A stretch of 64,000 nucleotides of DNA from Terriglobia bacterium (GCA_965198225.1 CBDAOY010000009.1:256001-320000); one strand, 5' to 3'; shown: positions 31,674-45,303, counted from the first letter of the stretch. The notes: generated from the sequence alone by a model not told the origin. Numbers and translations: made by a program.

Positions 31674-33137
31674 GGAACTGTGCTCCGACGGGAATGTCAT
31701 CCCGGTCTATAAATCGGTCGTGGCCGATTTTCTGACGCCCGTTTCCGCGTACCTCAGACTCCAGGAAGGCCGCCCCTACGCTTTCCTCCTTGAATCGGTC
31801 GAAGGCGGCGAAACCGTGGGGCGCTATTCCTTCCTGGGCAGCGATCCGTTTCTGGTCTGCAGCATCGGTGGTAAGAGACTGGATGTGGACACGACAGCGG
31901 GCCGTAACCTCCACTTCAGCGCCGATGACCGCCACGGCTTTTTCGCGGCGCTTCGGAGCACGATGGCTCGCTTTCAGTCCGTCCGGCTTCCCGATCTCCC
32001 TCCCTTCACGGGGGGTGCGGTGGGATACTTCGGGTATGAGATGGTTCGACTGGTCGAAGACATCCCGGCAACAGGCACGGATGACCTCGAGGTCGATGAC
32101 GCCGCGTTGATGTTCTTCAAGACGATCCTCGCCTTCGATCACCTCCGGAACCAGATCCACATCGTGTCGAATCTCTTCGTCGAGGAAACAGATCGGCCTC
32201 TCGAAGCGCTTTATTCGGACGCGGTCAAGGAGATCGAGGCTGTTGAGGAATTGCTCGGGCGACCCCTGGAACCACCTGTATCGCGGCATGTTCAGGACCA
32301 GGTCGAGGTTCGTTCGAACTTCGCCAAGCCCGACTACCTCGAGTGTGTTGAGCGCGCCAAGCGACACATCACCGCGGGCGACATCTTTCAGGTCGTTCTT
32401 TCGCAGCGGTTCGAAGTGGAGCTACCCGCGGCGCCCTTCGAAATCTACCGGGCCCTCCGAATCGTGAACCCCTCTCCCTACATGTATTTCTTGAAAATGC
32501 CGAACGCCGCGATCGTCGGCGCGTCGCCGGAAATGCTCCTGAAGATACGGGACCGCGAGGCACGTTACAGGCCGATAGCCGGGACCCGCCCACGTGGCGC
32601 AAACGAAGGTGAAGACCGCGCTCTGGCCGAAGAACTCGCTGCCGACGAAAAGGAAAGGGCCGAGCACGTCATGTTGGTCGACTTGGGACGGAACGATCTG
32701 GGGCGGGTGTCGAAGTACGGCACGGTTCGAGTCGACGATTTCATGATCATCGAGCGCTACTCCCACGTGATGCACCTGGTCTCTTCGCTGTCGAGCGAGT
32801 TAGGGGACGACGTCGATCGCTTCGACGCGTTGATGGCCTGTTTCCCGGCCGGTACGGTGTCGGGGGCTCCGAAGATCCGGGCCATGGAGATCATCGACGA
32901 GAACGAACCGACAAAGAGGGGTGTCTACGGGGGCGCCATACTCTACGCCGACTTCAGCAACAACCTCGATTCCTGCATCGCAATCCGGACGCTTGTAGCG
33001 AAAGACGGCAGGGGCTACATCCAGGCCGGCGGGGGAATCGTAGCGGATTCCGTCCCGGAAAACGAGTTTACTGAAACCGTCAACAAGGCCCGCGCGCTGG
33101 TTCGGGCTGTGGAACTCGCAGCCAGGGGCTTGCGTTC

Positions 33138-33141
<4 letters not shown>
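31648..33141 (+). CDS. trpE: Anthranilate synthase component I
   Basis: [40 protein letters not shown]. Confidence 0.95.
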
Positions 33142-33704
<563 letters not shown>

Positions 33705-33709
33705 GGTTG

Positions 33710-34720
33710 ATGATTACAGATTTCATCGAGCAGCTGATCGGCTCCAAGGACCTCACCGAGGACGAGGCCCGATCTGTCATGGAAGAGATCATGACGGGCC
33801 AGTCGACCGACGCTCAGATCGCGGCGTTCCTGACGGCGCTCCGGATGAAGGGCGAGACGGCGGATGAGCTGGTTGGCTTCGCACGGGTCATGAGACAGAA
33901 GGCCGCTCCGCTGTGGGAGGATGACGGGCCCGAAGTCGTCGATACCTGCGGGACCGGGGGAGATCGATCTGGAACGTTCAACATTTCGACCGCAGCAGCT
34001 TTCGTCGCGGCCGGGGCCGGCGCTCTGGTCGCAAAGCACGGCAACCGGTCGGTGAGCGGCCGCTGCGGCAGTGCCGACGTCATGGAAGCCCTCGGGGTGG
34101 ACATCCAGATGCCGGCCCTCAAGTTGAGACAGGCCATCCGGGATATCGGAATCGGCTTTCTCTTCGCCCCGAGCTTCCACAGTTCGATGAAGCACGTGAT
34201 GCCGGCACGCTCCCAGATGAAGGTGCGGACCGTGTTCAACATCCTGGGACCACTTTCCAACCCCGCGGCGGCCGCCTATCAGGTGATCGGGGTGTCCTCT
34301 GAAGGCCTTCTTGATTTGATGGCCGGGGCGGTGGCGAGGCTCGGACTGCGACACGTCTTTGTCGTCCATGGATCCGACGGTATCGACGAGATCTCGATTT
34401 CGGCACCGACCACACTCGTTGAGGTCTCAGGGGGCACGACCCGCCGATTCAGCGTGACACCCGAAGACTTCGGCCTGCGGTCGGCGGACATCGGCGCCAT
34501 AAAAGGCGGCGATGCCGCCGAGAACGCCCGTATCGTCGAAGAAGTCCTCGCAGGAAGCGAGAGCCCTCGACGGGATGTCGTGGTGATGAACGCAGCGGCT
34601 GCGATCACTGCCGCCGGCATTTCTTCGGACCTCAAATCGGGCGTCCAGCGTGCGGTGGACTCCCTCGATTCGGGTGCAGCTCTCGAGAGACTCCAGGGCC
34701 TCAGGGCAATGTCGTCGTGA
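33710..34720 (+). CDS. trpD: Anthranilate phosphoribosyltransferase
   Basis: DTCGTGGD, NISTAAAFV, KHGNRS, RTVFNILGPL. Confidence 0.97.
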   Translation: MITDFIEQLIGSKDLTEDEARSVMEEIMTGQSTDAQIAAFLTALRMKGETADELVGFARVMRQKAAPLWEDDGPEVVDTCGTGGDRSGTFNISTAAAFVAAGAGALVAKHGNRSVSGRCGSADVMEALGVDIQMPALKLRQAIRDIGIGFLFAPSFHSSMKHVMPARSQMKVRTVFNILGPLSNPAAAAYQVIGVSSEGLLDLMAGAVARLGLRHVFVVHGSDGIDEISISAPTTLVEVSGGTTRRFSVTPEDFGLRSADIGAIKGGDAAENARIVEEVLAGSESPRRDVVVMNAAAAITAAGISSDLKSGVQRAVDSLDSGAALERLQGLRAMSS

Positions 34721-35508
34721 AGACACTCGAAGGCACGCATGTGCTGAGCAGAATCGTCGAAGCGAAGAGACGACGCGTCGCAGACCTGAAGATGCGCGTT
34801 CCGGAAGCCATCGTTCGAAAAATGGCCTCCGTTCAAGGACCGCCCCCATCGTTCCGAGAAGCCTTGGAGGGGCCCGGCAGGACGCGGATCATCGCGGAAA
34901 TCAAAAAAGCCTCTCCCTCGAAGGGCGTCCTGATCGACTTACTTGATGTCGAGGCACTCGCAAAGACCTACGGGAAAGCGGGAGCTTCCGCGATCTCCGT
35001 CGTGACCGAGGAGGATTACTTCCAGGGCGACGCCGGATGGATCCGGTTGGCCGCAAACGCATCCGGCCTGCCGGTACTGCGGAAGGACTTTCTGTTCGAG
35101 CCCTATCAGCTCTGGGAAAGCCGGGCCGCCGGCGCGAGCGCTGTCCTGCTGATCGCCGCAATGCTCCAGCCGGCCGAACTCCGAGCGCTGCTCGAAACGG
35201 CGAGAGAGTTTCAGCTTGACGCCCTGGTCGAGGTCCACGACGAAGAAGAACTCAGCGAGGCGCTGTGGGCGGGTGCATCGATCATCGGCGTCAACAACCG
35301 GGACTTGAAGACGTTCGACGTGTGTCTCGATACTTCTGTCCGGTTGGGCGCACGGATACCAGACGAAAGGATCTTCGTTGCCGAGAGCGGAATCCACGGC
35401 CGGGAGGACGTCGAGAAGCTTGCCGGCGCCGGTGCGTCTGCCTTCCTCGTGGGCGAATATCTGCTGAGCACGACCGATCCCGCTGTTGCTTTGCGGAGTT
35501 TGTTGTGA
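34717..35508 (+). CDS. trpC: Indole-3-glycerol phosphate synthase
   Basis: IAEIKKASPSKG, LRKDF, GVNNRDL, AESGI. Confidence 0.96.
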   Translation: MKTLEGTHVLSRIVEAKRRRVADLKMRVPEAIVRKMASVQGPPPSFREALEGPGRTRIIAEIKKASPSKGVLIDLLDVEALAKTYGKAGASAISVVTEEDYFQGDAGWIRLAANASGLPVLRKDFLFEPYQLWESRAAGASAVLLIAAMLQPAELRALLETAREFQLDALVEVHDEEELSEALWAGASIIGVNNRDLKTFDVCLDTSVRLGARIPDERIFVAESGIHGREDVEKLAGAGASAFLVGEYLLSTTDPAVALRSLL

Positions 35509-36131
35509 CGCGGATCAAGATATGCGGTGTCACCGACCCGGAAGACGCACGGAACGCCGCGCTGCTAGGAGCCGATGCCATCGGATTGAATTTCTACGAG
35601 GGCAGCCCTCGATCCGTGAGCCCGGAGCGCGCGCTGAGGATCATCGAATCGCTGCCGCCTCTCGTGACGACGGTGGGCGTATTCGTCAACTACACAGATC
35701 CGGAAGCTCTTGAAGACTTCGCGGCGTCGATCCGGCTCGACGCCGTCCAACTGCACGGCGATGAAAGCCCGGATTACTGCTCGGTAATCAGTCGCGTTAA
35801 AGTCGTCAAGGCGTTTCGAGTTGGGGAAGGCTTCAAGGTTGAGACGCTCCGGAACTACCCGGCGCAAGCTTTCCTGCTCGACGCCTACAGCAACGACGAG
35901 TTCGGCGGGACGGGACGCGTGTTCAACTGGGACCAGGTCGCCGGGGCAAACGCATTCGGCGAGGTCATCCTCGCCGGAGGGCTCCGTCCGGAGAACGTCG
36001 ACCGGGCGATCGATCAGCTGCATCCGTTTGCGGTGGATGTTTCCAGCGGTGTGGAAAGTGAGCCTGGAAAGAAAGACTACGAGCTGATGCGGGAGTTCGT
36101 CGAAGCAGTTCACAGGGCCGATGGGAAGTGA
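35505..36131 (+). CDS. trpF: Phosphoribosylanthranilate isomerase
   Basis: RIKICGVT, VQLHGDE, GGTG, LAGGL, VDVSSGVE; GTG at 35505 overlaps trpC stop. Confidence 0.95.
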   Translation: MTRIKICGVTDPEDARNAALLGADAIGLNFYEGSPRSVSPERALRIIESLPPLVTTVGVFVNYTDPEALEDFAASIRLDAVQLHGDESPDYCSVISRVKVVKAFRVGEGFKVETLRNYPAQAFLLDAYSNDEFGGTGRVFNWDQVAGANAFGEVILAGGLRPENVDRAIDQLHPFAVDVSSGVESEPGKKDYELMREFVEAVHRADGK

Positions 36132-36154
36132 CGAGTGACAAGTGACGAGCAAGA
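36127..36154 (+). repeat. AGTGAC(G/A) heptamer tandem repeat between trpF and trpB
   Basis: AGTGACG AGTGACA AGTGACG AGCAAGA; same unit as 14851. Confidence 0.7.
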
Positions 36155-36184
36155 AAGATCGGCAACACATAAGGCTAGGCAGAT

Positions 36185-37351
36185 ATGAAGGGCCATTACG
36201 GCGCATACGGTGGACAATTCGTTCCAGAGACACTGATGTATCCGCTCGAAGAGTTGGAGCAGGCCTATGCTGACGCCGGGAAGGATCCGTCGTTTGGGAA
36301 CCGGCTCGAGGAGCTGCTTATTCAATACTCCGGCCGGCCGACGCCACTGTACCGGGCGAACAGACTCAGCGAAGCCTACGGTCGGAAGATCTACCTCAAG
36401 CGGGAAGACCTGAACCACACGGGAGCACACAAGATCAACAACTGTCTCGGACAGGCGCTGCTGGCCGAGCGGATGGGTAAGAAACGGATCATCGCCGAAA
36501 CCGGAGCCGGGCAACATGGGGTCGCGACGGCTACCGTAAGCGCCCTGCTGGGTCTGGAATGCGACGTCTACATGGGGGAGGAAGACATACGGCGGCAGGA
36601 GCTCAACGTTTTCCGCATGAAGCTCCTGGGCGCGCGCGTCCTGCCGGTCGCCTCCGGGAGCAAGACCCTGAAGGACGCCATCAACGAGTCGATGCGGGAC
36701 TGGGTCACAAACGTCCGGACGACCTACTACATGCTCGGTTCCGTGCTCGGTCCCCATCCGTATCCCGAAATGGTCCGAGACTTCCAGTCCGTCATCGGCC
36801 GGGAGACGCGGGCACAGATCATCGACCAGGAAGGCCGACTTCCGGATCTCCTCGTTGCATGCGTCGGCGGTGGCTCGAACTCCATCGGCCTCTTCTTCCC
36901 GTTCCTCGACGACGATCAAGTCGGCATGGTCGGCGTCGAAGCCGGCGGGCGCGGGCCTGCACTCGGGGATCACGCTGCACGTTTTTCCGGCGGCCGACCC
37001 GGCGTGATGCACGGAACCTACTCCTACATCCTGCAGGATTCGGACGGTCAGGTCATCCCGACGCATTCGGTTTCCGCCGGGCTCGACTACCCGGCTGTCG
37101 GACCGGAACACGCCGCGCTGTACGAATCGGGCCGGGTTACGTACACATCAGTGGACGACGATGCGGCTCTGGATGCGTTCCACGAACTGAGCCGTCTGGA
37201 AGGGATTATTCCCGCGCTGGAGAGTGCTCATGCTGTTGCCTACCTCAAGTCCAAAAAGGGAGACTCCGACGAGCTCGTCGTGATCAACCTGTCGGGCCGT
37301 GGCGACAAGGACGTGAACGAAGTCGCGCGGTTGAGTTCGGATATCGAATGA
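36185..37351 (+). CDS. trpB: Tryptophan synthase beta chain
   Basis: [31 protein letters not shown]. Confidence 0.98.
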   Translation: MKGHYGAYGGQFVPETLMYPLEELEQAYADAGKDPSFGNRLEELLIQYSGRPTPLYRANRLSEAYGRKIYLKREDLNHTGAHKINNCLGQALLAERMGKKRIIAETGAGQHGVATATVSALLGLECDVYMGEEDIRRQELNVFRMKLLGARVLPVASGSKTLKDAINESMRDWVTNVRTTYYMLGSVLGPHPYPEMVRDFQSVIGRETRAQIIDQEGRLPDLLVACVGGGSNSIGLFFPFLDDDQVGMVGVEAGGRGPALGDHAARFSGGRPGVMHGTYSYILQDSDGQVIPTHSVSAGLDYPAVGPEHAALYESGRVTYTSVDDDAALDAFHELSRLEGIIPALESAHAVAYLKSKKGDSDELVVINLSGRGDKDVNEVARLSSDIE

Positions 37352-38136
37352 CGCGAATCGACGAGACCTTTGCGCGGCTCCGCGCCGAGGGACGCCGGGC
37401 GTTCATCCCCTACATCACGGCGGGTGATCCCGACCTGCAGGCCACATACGACGTCGTTTTAACGCTCGAGGAGGCCGGTGCGGACTTGATCGAACTCGGC
37501 GTGCCGTTCTCCGACCCCATCGCGGACGGCCCGGTCATACAGCGGGCCACGGAACGAGCTCTGTCAAAAGGGACTTCGCTCGGGCAGATAATCGAGCTGG
37601 TCGAGAGGATTCGCCGATCTTCCGACATCCCGCTGTTGCTGATGAGCTATTACAATCCGCTGTTGAACCATGGGCTCGAGCAACTGTCGCGGGACGGCTC
37701 GGCGGCGGGGCTGGACGGCATCCTGGCCAGCGACCTGACGGTGGAGGAATCGGACAGGTTCGTGGAAGTCATGGACAGCGCCGGCTTGAACACCATCTTC
37801 CTCGTAGCACCAACCAGCTCCGCTAAACGCGTGAAGAGAATCGCGCGGGTCTCCACGGGCTTCCTCTATGCCGTGTCGCGCACCGGTGTGACGGGGGAAA
37901 CCCAAAAGCTGTCGGGCGAACTGGTAAAATTCATCCGATTCCTCAAGACGCACACCGACACGCCTGTCGCGGTCGGTTTCGGGATTTCAACTCCCGAGCA
38001 GGTCCGGGCGGTGTGGGGAGAAGCCGACGGGGCGATCGTCGGTAGCGCGATCGTTCGCGAGATCGAGAGGAAAATGGGCGAAGAGGATATGCCGCAGGCG
38101 GTAGGCGACTTCGTCCGCCGGCTTCGCGGTGGGTGA
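37348..38136 (+). CDS. trpA: Tryptophan synthase alpha chain
   Basis: [35 protein letters not shown]; ATG 37348. Confidence 0.97.
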   Translation: MTRIDETFARLRAEGRRAFIPYITAGDPDLQATYDVVLTLEEAGADLIELGVPFSDPIADGPVIQRATERALSKGTSLGQIIELVERIRRSSDIPLLLMSYYNPLLNHGLEQLSRDGSAAGLDGILASDLTVEESDRFVEVMDSAGLNTIFLVAPTSSAKRVKRIARVSTGFLYAVSRTGVTGETQKLSGELVKFIRFLKTHTDTPVAVGFGISTPEQVRAVWGEADGAIVGSAIVREIERKMGEEDMPQAVGDFVRRLRGG

Positions 38137-38387
38137 TCGACCGCCGGTTTCGCGGCGGGAGATCGGAAGACCGGATGCCGCGTGGTATCGTTAGACGCTT
38201 GACCCTCAAGTTTGAGAATCCTGCTCTCAGATTCGGGACATCAAGTGTGCCGTGAGCCCTGAGCGGTCAGCTTTCCGCTGTCAGCAATCAGCGAATTCAG
38301 AAGTGGGGCGACAGTCCGATCCGATCGAGCTGACGGCTGAAAGCTACGGGCTGATCGCTTGCACGGCAGAACTTTTGGAGGAACCTC

Positions 38388-39089
38388 GTGAATAAGGTCG
38401 TAGGGAGTGCCGCCGAGGCGGTCTCGGACGTTCCGGACGGAGCAACCATCATGATGGGCGGCTTCGGCCTGTGCGGAATACCCGAGAACCTGATCGCCGC
38501 ACTTCGGGAAAAGGGCGTCAAGGATCTCACCGTGATGAGCAACAACGCGGGAGTCGACGATTTCGGCATCGGGTTATTGCTCCAGACCCGACAGGTAAAG
38601 AAGATGGTTTCGACGTACGTGGGGGAAAACAAACTGTTCGAACAACTCGTGCTGTCGGGAGAGTTGGAGATCGAGCTGGTTCCCCAGGGAACCTTTGCCG
38701 AGCGCGTTCGCGCCGGAGGGGCGGGCATAGGCGGTTTCTACACCCCTACCGGATTCGGCACGCTCATCGCTGAGGGCAAGGAGACCCGCGAGATCGACGG
38801 CAAGATGTATGTGCTCGAAAGCCCGTTGAAGGCGGATTTTGCGCTGGTGAAAGCATGGAAGGGTGACAACTGGGGAAACCTCGTGTATCGGAAGACCGCG
38901 CGCAACTTCAACCCGATGATGGCAACAGCCGGTATCACGACAATCGCTGAGGTCGAGGAACTGGTCGACAGGAAGGCTCTGAACCCGGACTCGATCCACA
39001 CACCCGGAATATACGTCCAGAGAATCCTCCAGGGCGATCACTACGAGAAGCGGATCGAAAGGGTGACGGTCCTCAAAGGAGGTGCGTGA
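38388..39089 (+). CDS. scoA: 3-oxoacid CoA-transferase subunit A
   Basis: [33 protein letters not shown]. Confidence 0.92.
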   Translation: MNKVVGSAAEAVSDVPDGATIMMGGFGLCGIPENLIAALREKGVKDLTVMSNNAGVDDFGIGLLLQTRQVKKMVSTYVGENKLFEQLVLSGELEIELVPQGTFAERVRAGGAGIGGFYTPTGFGTLIAEGKETREIDGKMYVLESPLKADFALVKAWKGDNWGNLVYRKTARNFNPMMATAGITTIAEVEELVDRKALNPDSIHTPGIYVQRILQGDHYEKRIERVTVLKGGA

Positions 39090-39739
39090 TGTCGGACGGG
39101 CGCGAAATCATCACCCAACGTATCGCCAGGGAGTTTGAAGACGGCTACTACGTCAACCTCGGCATCGGCATGCCGACTCTGTGCGCCAATTACATCCCGG
39201 AGGGCGTCGAGGTCGTTCTGCAATCGGAGAACGGTCTGCTGGGTATCGGCCCCTTCCCGCTCGAAGGAAACCAGGACCCCGACCTGATCAACGCCGGGAA
39301 GGAAACCGTGACGGAAATGGATGGCTCGGCGTATTTCTCGAGCGCCGATTCGTTCGCCATGATCCGGGGGGGCCACGTCGACCTGACGGTTCTCGGGGCG
39401 ATGCAGGTGGACGAGACAGGGAACCTCGCCAACTGGATGATCCCGGGCAAGATGGTGAAGGGCATGGGAGGAGCCATGGACCTGGTTGCCGGCGCCAAAC
39501 GTGTGATCGTCGCCATGATTCACGCGACGAAGAACGGCAGCCCGAAGCTTCTGAAAGCCTGTTCGCTGCCGCTCACCGGGGTCGGTGTCGTGAACACGAT
39601 CGTGACGGAACTATGTGTCATCGATGTCACCGACCGGGGCTTTGAAGTGAAGGAACTACGGGAAGGCGTGAGCCTCGAGGACGTTCAGAAGGTAACAGAA
39701 CCAGCGCTGATCGCAAACGGCGAGATCGGCCGATTCTAG
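39089..39739 (+). CDS. scoB: 3-oxoacid CoA-transferase subunit B
   Basis: NLGIGMP, QSENG (catalytic Glu), GMGGAMDLV. Confidence 0.92.
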   Translation: MSDGREIITQRIAREFEDGYYVNLGIGMPTLCANYIPEGVEVVLQSENGLLGIGPFPLEGNQDPDLINAGKETVTEMDGSAYFSSADSFAMIRGGHVDLTVLGAMQVDETGNLANWMIPGKMVKGMGGAMDLVAGAKRVIVAMIHATKNGSPKLLKACSLPLTGVGVVNTIVTELCVIDVTDRGFEVKELREGVSLEDVQKVTEPALIANGEIGRF

Positions 39740-39749
39740 GAGCAAGTCA

Positions 39750-40925
39750 ATGGCAGCAGTTATTGCCGGAGCAGTCCGACTCGCGATCGGAAGCTTCGGG
39801 GGGACGCTCAGCAACACCCACGTGACCGATCTCGGCGCGGCGGTTCTGAAACAAGCGCTGAACCGTGCCGGCGTGGAGGCCGAGGCGATTCAGGAAATCA
39901 TCATGGGGAACGTCGTCCAGGCGGGCGCGGGCATGAACCCAACGCGGCAGGCGGCGATCAAGGCCGGTATCGGACAGGACATCCCGTCCTACACGGTGAA
40001 CAAGGTCTGCGGTTCGGGCTTGAAATCTGTAGCCCTGGCGGCCCAGTCAATCCGGGCCGGCGACGAGGACACGTTCCTTGTCGGCGGAATGGAATCGATG
40101 AGCAAGGCTCCGTACCTGCTTCCGAAAGCCCGGGCCGGCTACCGCCTGGGTCACGGGGAGTTGATCGACTCGATGGTGTACGACGGGCTGTCCTGCTCGC
40201 TGAGCAACTTCATTCACATGGGAATCACCGCCGAGAACATCGCCGAGCGGTACAACGTGTCACGCGACGAACAGGACGCCTTCGCCCTGGAAAGCCAGAC
40301 CCGTGCCGCAAAAGCGATCGCGGGCGGCCGCTTCAGAGACGAGATCACGCCTTACGAGATTCCGCAGAGAAAGGGGGACCCTGTCGTCTTCGACACGGAT
40401 GAGTACCCTCGAGAAACCACGAGCGAGAGGCTCGGGAAACTCCGCCCGGCCTTCAAGAAAGACGGAACCGTGACGGCGGGCAATGCGTCCGGTATAAACG
40501 ACGGCGCCGCCGCGATGGTCGTCACCTCGGAATCGCGCGCCAACGAACTCGGATTGAAACCCCAGGCTATGATCCGGGCCTACGCATCTTCGGCTGTCGA
40601 CCCTCTCTATATGGGCATGGGCCCGGTTCCCGCGGTCACGAAGGTCCTGGAAAAGGCCGGCCTCGCGGCGACCGACATCGATCTCTTCGAATTGAACGAG
40701 GCGTTCGCCGTCCAATCAGTTGCTGTCGTCAAAGAGTTGGGTCTGGACCCGGGGCGCGTAAACGTGAACGGCGGCGCAATCGCGCTTGGACACCCGCTCG
40801 GCGCCAGCGGGGCACGCATTCTAACGACCCTGATATACGAGATGGAGAAGCGGGATGCTCGGAAGGGCATCGCCGCGCTGTGTATTGGGGGAGGCCAGGG
40901 GTTCGCCGTGCTCGTCGAGCGATAG
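39750..40925 (+). CDS. Acetyl-CoA C-acetyltransferase (thiolase)
   Basis: [27 protein letters not shown]. Confidence 0.95.
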   Translation: MAAVIAGAVRLAIGSFGGTLSNTHVTDLGAAVLKQALNRAGVEAEAIQEIIMGNVVQAGAGMNPTRQAAIKAGIGQDIPSYTVNKVCGSGLKSVALAAQSIRAGDEDTFLVGGMESMSKAPYLLPKARAGYRLGHGELIDSMVYDGLSCSLSNFIHMGITAENIAERYNVSRDEQDAFALESQTRAAKAIAGGRFRDEITPYEIPQRKGDPVVFDTDEYPRETTSERLGKLRPAFKKDGTVTAGNASGINDGAAAMVVTSESRANELGLKPQAMIRAYASSAVDPLYMGMGPVPAVTKVLEKAGLAATDIDLFELNEAFAVQSVAVVKELGLDPGRVNVNGGAIALGHPLGASGARILTTLIYEMEKRDARKGIAALCIGGGQGFAVLVER

Positions 40926-40972
40926 ATGAAGCGGGAAGAAAACGCCTCATTCAACGTCGGTCGATTCAGCTG

Positions 40973-41272
40973 ATGGACCTGAACTCCTTTGTCACCGTCA
41001 ATCTGCAGAACCCGCCGGAACGGTTCGTCGGACGGCTGATCGAGATCGGCATCGCTGGCATCACGCTTCGGGGTCTCGACCTGAAGGCTTTCGATGACTG
41101 GATGAACGACATCGCGCAGCAGGAGGAGAGCGGAGTACGGCCGACAACCATATTCTTTCCTCTGCACCGTATCGAAAAGATGATGCTCGATGAAGACATC
41201 GGAGGCATCCCCTCGTTGGCCAACACTTTCTTGACGAAGGTTGGCGCCTCGGTCAAGGACTACCTGGAGTAA
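40973..41272 (+). CDS. Conserved-looking hypothetical protein (99 aa)
   Basis: ORF packed between thiolase and ugd, host-like codon usage; start uncertain. Confidence 0.65.
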   Translation: MDLNSFVTVNLQNPPERFVGRLIEIGIAGITLRGLDLKAFDDWMNDIAQQEESGVRPTTIFFPLHRIEKMMLDEDIGGIPSLANTFLTKVGASVKDYLE

Positions 41273-41275
41273 GCA

Positions 41276-42574
41276 GTGAACATCGCTGTGATCGGAACAG
41301 GCTATGTTGGGCTCGTCGCGGGCGGCTGTTTCGCCGAGAGCGGCAACGACGTGATCTGCGTCGACGCCAATGCGGAAAAGATCAAGCAGTTGTCCGACGG
41401 CAAGATACCGATCTATGAACCGGGAGTGGAGGAGATCGTCGAGCGGAACCTCCGAGAAGGACGCCTCAAGTTCACAACGGACCTCGAATCCGCGGTCAGG
41501 AAGTCGTTCGTGATCTTCATCGCCGTCGGCACACCGCAAGTCGGAGGCGAGACCGACGTCAGCGCCGTGCAAGCCGTGTCGCGCGACATCGGCCGCGCGA
41601 TGGACCGATTCAAAGTCATCGTCATGAAATCGACCGTTCCAGTGGGCACCACAGAGAGGATCCGCGACATCGTTCGGGCCGAGACGGACCAGCCGTTCGA
41701 TGTAATCTTCAACCCGGAGTTCCTCAAGGAAGGCGGGGCGGTCGATGACTTCATGAAGCCGGATCGCGTCATCATCGGAGCGGAGGACGAACGTGCGGCC
41801 GAGATCATCCGCGAGCTATACGCGCCCTTCGTCCGAACCGGCAACCCCGCGCTCGTGATGGACGTCCGGAGCGCGGAACTGACCAAGTACGCAGCAAATG
41901 CCTTCCTTGCAACGCGGATCTCTTTCATGAACGAGTTCGCCAACCTCTGCGAACTCGTCGGTGCCGACATCGATATGATCAGGAAGGGCATGGGGCTGGA
42001 CACTCGAATAGGACCGGCGTTCCTGTTTGCCGGTCTCGGCTTCGGCGGAAGCTGTCTGCCGAAAGACATGGAAGCGTTGCTCGCGACCGGCAGGCGCATG
42101 GAGCGTCCGCTCCGAATCCTGGAGGCCGTAAACAAGGTCAATTTCGCCCAGCGCCGGCGCTTCGCAGCTAAGATCGTGGATCACTTCGAAGGGCAACTCA
42201 GCGAGAAGCGTCTCGCGGTGTGGGGATTGTCGTTCAAACCCCGGACAGACGACATGCGGCAGGCTCCCGCAATCGACATCATAGAGGAACTATTGGAGCA
42301 GGGCGCTTCTGTCTCGGCATACGACCCGGAGGCGATGACGGAAGCCGAACGGGTTCTTCCCGCCCAGGTTCACCTTGCGAAGAACAACTATGAATGTCTC
42401 AAGGACGCTGATGCCTTGCTGGTGGTGACGGAATGGCAGGCATTCCGCAATCCGAACTTCGAACGCATGAAGTCGCTGATGCGTGAAGCCGTCGTATTTG
42501 ATGGTCGCAACATCTACGATCCCACCCAGATGCGAGAAATGGGATTTACCTACTACGGTGTCGGCCGGAAATGA
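41276..42574 (+). CDS. ugd: UDP-glucose 6-dehydrogenase
   Basis: [43 protein letters not shown]. Confidence 0.95.
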   Translation: MNIAVIGTGYVGLVAGGCFAESGNDVICVDANAEKIKQLSDGKIPIYEPGVEEIVERNLREGRLKFTTDLESAVRKSFVIFIAVGTPQVGGETDVSAVQAVSRDIGRAMDRFKVIVMKSTVPVGTTERIRDIVRAETDQPFDVIFNPEFLKEGGAVDDFMKPDRVIIGAEDERAAEIIRELYAPFVRTGNPALVMDVRSAELTKYAANAFLATRISFMNEFANLCELVGADIDMIRKGMGLDTRIGPAFLFAGLGFGGSCLPKDMEALLATGRRMERPLRILEAVNKVNFAQRRRFAAKIVDHFEGQLSEKRLAVWGLSFKPRTDDMRQAPAIDIIEELLEQGASVSAYDPEAMTEAERVLPAQVHLAKNNYECLKDADALLVVTEWQAFRNPNFERMKSLMREAVVFDGRNIYDPTQMREMGFTYYGVGRK

Positions 42575-43530
42575 AACGCGCGGTCGTGACCGGCGGTGCG
42601 GGTTTCCTGGGTAGCCACATCTGTGACCGCCTTCTGGACGCCGGCTATGAGGTCGTCTGCCTCGACAACCTTCTTACAGGGAATCCCGACAATGTCGCTC
42701 ACCTCGTCGGTCACCCTGGCTTTCGATTCGTCAAGCACAACGTCACTGAGTTCATCCATGTTCAGGGTCCGATCGACGTGGTCCTGCATTTTGCGTCGCC
42801 GGCCTCCCCGCGCGACTACCTTGAGATGCCGATCCAGACGCTCAAGGTGGGTTCGCTCGGTACGCACAAGGCTCTGGGTCTCGCCAAAGAGAAGGGCGCG
42901 CTGTTCCTGCTTGCGAGCACCTCGGAAGTTTACGGCGACCCGCTGACGAATCCACAGACCGAGGACTACTGGGGAAACGTGAACCCTGTGGGTCCGCGGG
43001 GGGTCTACGACGAGGCCAAGCGATTCGCCGAAGCCATGACGATCGCCTACCGGAGATACCATGGCATGGACACCCGGATAGCGAGGATCTTCAACACCTA
43101 CGGCCCGAGGATGCGCCCGAATGACGGCCGGGTCGTCTCGAATTTCATCGTCCAGAGTCTTCGGGGGGACCCCCTCACAGTCTACGGAACCGGTGAACAG
43201 ACGCGGAGCTTCTGCTACGTCTCGGATCTGGTGGAAGGAATACTGAAACTGACCGAGGTACCTCGAGCCGACGGGATCGGGCTTCCCTTCAACATCGGCA
43301 ATCCCGAGGAGCGAACGGTCCGCGATCTCGCCGAACGCGTACTGAGGCTGACCGGTAGCAGCAGCGCGATCGAGGCCCGGGGACTGCCCAAAGACGACCC
43401 GAGGGTTCGTTGTCCGAACATCTCTCGAGCGCGCACGCACCTCGGATGGGCACCTACACTCGATGTCGACGAGGGGCTGGCCCGGACGATCGAATACTTT
43501 CGTGAAGCCATGGCGGACCCGAACGGATGA
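42571..43530 (+). CDS. UDP-glucuronate decarboxylase (UDP-xylose synthase) family
   Basis: [45 protein letters not shown]. Confidence 0.92.
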   Translation: MKRAVVTGGAGFLGSHICDRLLDAGYEVVCLDNLLTGNPDNVAHLVGHPGFRFVKHNVTEFIHVQGPIDVVLHFASPASPRDYLEMPIQTLKVGSLGTHKALGLAKEKGALFLLASTSEVYGDPLTNPQTEDYWGNVNPVGPRGVYDEAKRFAEAMTIAYRRYHGMDTRIARIFNTYGPRMRPNDGRVVSNFIVQSLRGDPLTVYGTGEQTRSFCYVSDLVEGILKLTEVPRADGIGLPFNIGNPEERTVRDLAERVLRLTGSSSAIEARGLPKDDPRVRCPNISRARTHLGWAPTLDVDEGLARTIEYFREAMADPNG

Positions 43531-44507
43531 TCCTCGTCACGGGAGGTGCCGGCTACATCGGCAGCCATACCGTCCAGGCGCTGAAGGATTCCGGGTTCGA
43601 ACCCGCCATATTCGATGACTTCTCGTCCGGCCACCGCGATTTCGTCGGAGACACACCGTCGGTAGAAGGAGACATACGGCGCCCGAGGGACCTGCGAAAG
43701 GTTTTCGAACGTTTCAAGGTCAACGGCGTCATCCACTTTGCGGGACGGGCAGAGGTTGCGGAATCGCGAAACTGCCCCGAGCTCTACTACGAAACCAACG
43801 TGGGCGGCGGGCTGAACCTGCTCAACACGATGAGAACGGCGGGTGTCCGACACTTGATCTTCTCCTCGACCTGCGCAGTCTACGGCATCCCGAAAACTCC
43901 GAGTATTGCCGAGGACCATCCACAATCACCGATCAACCCCTATGGCGAAACGAAACTCGCTTTCGAGCGCGCGCTCGACTGGTTTCATGCCGCCCATGGT
44001 CTCGAGCACCTATCCCTGCGCTACTTCAACGCGGCAGGCGCGGACGCGAACGCGCGGTTCGGGGAAGATCACGATCCGGAGACCCACCTTGTACCACTTG
44101 TCCTTGAAGCCGCCGCCCGTCTCCGTCCGGCAGTGACCATACACGGAACGGATTACCCGACCAAGGACGGCACTTGCGTCCGGGACTACATCCACGTTAC
44201 GGATCTGGCAGCGGCGCACGTATCCGGACTCCAGCGACTGTTGGGGGGCGATTTGACTTCACAAGCGATCAATCTCGGCACGGGCCGGGGCGCGTCGGTT
44301 CGGGAGGTCATCGATACTGCGCGCACAGTCACCGGTCGGGATTTCAGGGTCGAAGAGGGTGTGCGCAGAGAAGGAGATCCGCCCCGACTGGTCGCGGCGG
44401 CGGAACGCGCCGCAGACCTGCTCGACTGGCGGCCGGAGCACAGCAGGCTGTCAAATATCGTGGAGACGGCCTGGCGTTGGCTGGAAAAACGAACTACCGC
44501 CGGGTAA
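43527..44507 (+). CDS. galE: UDP-glucose 4-epimerase
   Basis: [36 protein letters not shown]. Confidence 0.94.
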   Translation: MILVTGGAGYIGSHTVQALKDSGFEPAIFDDFSSGHRDFVGDTPSVEGDIRRPRDLRKVFERFKVNGVIHFAGRAEVAESRNCPELYYETNVGGGLNLLNTMRTAGVRHLIFSSTCAVYGIPKTPSIAEDHPQSPINPYGETKLAFERALDWFHAAHGLEHLSLRYFNAAGADANARFGEDHDPETHLVPLVLEAAARLRPAVTIHGTDYPTKDGTCVRDYIHVTDLAAAHVSGLQRLLGGDLTSQAINLGTGRGASVREVIDTARTVTGRDFRVEEGVRREGDPPRLVAAAERAADLLDWRPEHSRLSNIVETAWRWLEKRTTAG

Positions 44508-44949
44508 GGTCGTTGCCGCGGGAGATCGTCACGAGCTCCAAAATGGCTCGGATTCCCTGAACGATCGCTCCCGCCCGGGACAATGGTTCCGAAACCGCGG
44601 ACTTGACCTTGTCGGTTCCGTCCTGAACCCCGCCTGAGATTCGATCCATCTCGAAGTCGAGCTTCGCGAGACCGTAGCGAAACCGGTTCTGTGCCCGATC
44701 AAGGTCGCCACCGAAGCCCCCAACCCTCTGGCGGGCCGTGGCCGAGACTTCCGTGGCCCGAGCGGAAACGGCTTCAACTCGAGTGATCGTGCCCCGGAGC
44801 GAGCCGATCACGCTCGTCATCGGCCCCTCCATCTCCTCGGCCTTGGCCACGGAACGAGACATCCGCCGATACAGAGCCCACAGCAGCGCCGCGTTCCACA
44901 CGAGCACGACCGCGACAAGCGCGATGAACATCGTGAGTCGGGTCTCCAC
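44494..44949 (-). CDS. Membrane-anchored coiled-coil hypothetical protein
   Basis: N-terminal TM helix followed by heptad-like helix. Confidence 0.7.
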   Translation of the reverse strand: METRLTMFIALVAVVLVWNAALLWALYRRMSRSVAKAEEMEGPMTSVIGSLRGTITRVEAVSARATEVSATARQRVGGFGGDLDRAQNRFRYGLAKLDFEMDRISGGVQDGTDKVKSAVSEPLSRAGAIVQGIRAILELVTISRGNDLTRR

Positions 44950-45006
44950 CGCGCCAGAATACCGCAGGGGCGGGAAAGCCCGGTGGTTTTTTGGTTATCG
45001 GTCTCC

Positions 45007-45012
45007 TATAAT
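45007..45012 (+). promoter_or_regulatory. -10 box of tRNA-Ser promoter
   Basis: Perfect TATAAT about 60 nt upstream of the tRNA; -35 weak. Confidence 0.5.
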
Positions 45013-45073
45013 CGAAGGGTTTCGGCAGCCGATGTTTTCTATCGGTATCCAAACCGCTTGGTTTGAAGCCCCT

Positions 45074-45160
45074 GGAGAGGTGCTGGAGTGGTCGAACAGG
45101 GCTGCCTGCTAAGCAGTTGCACGGGTAACTGTGCCGGGGGTTCGAATCCCCCCCTCTCCG
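45074..45160 (+). tRNA. tRNA-Ser (anticodon GCT)
   Basis: Acceptor GGAGAGG/CCTCTCC+G, anticodon arm GCTGC-CTGCTAA-GCAGT, long variable arm, GGTTCGAATCC T-arm; CCA not encoded. Confidence 0.95.
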
Positions 45161-45303
45161 CTTTCCATATTTGAAGTCGAGGTCGAAACGGGAGAAGATA
45201 CGCCGGCAGTCGGCGGCCGAGCCTCTCGACTTCGTTCCTTTTCTAGCGCTTTCGGTGGTAGGCACGGTCCATCATCCAAAACCGCTTGGTTGCCGAAGCC
45301 CCT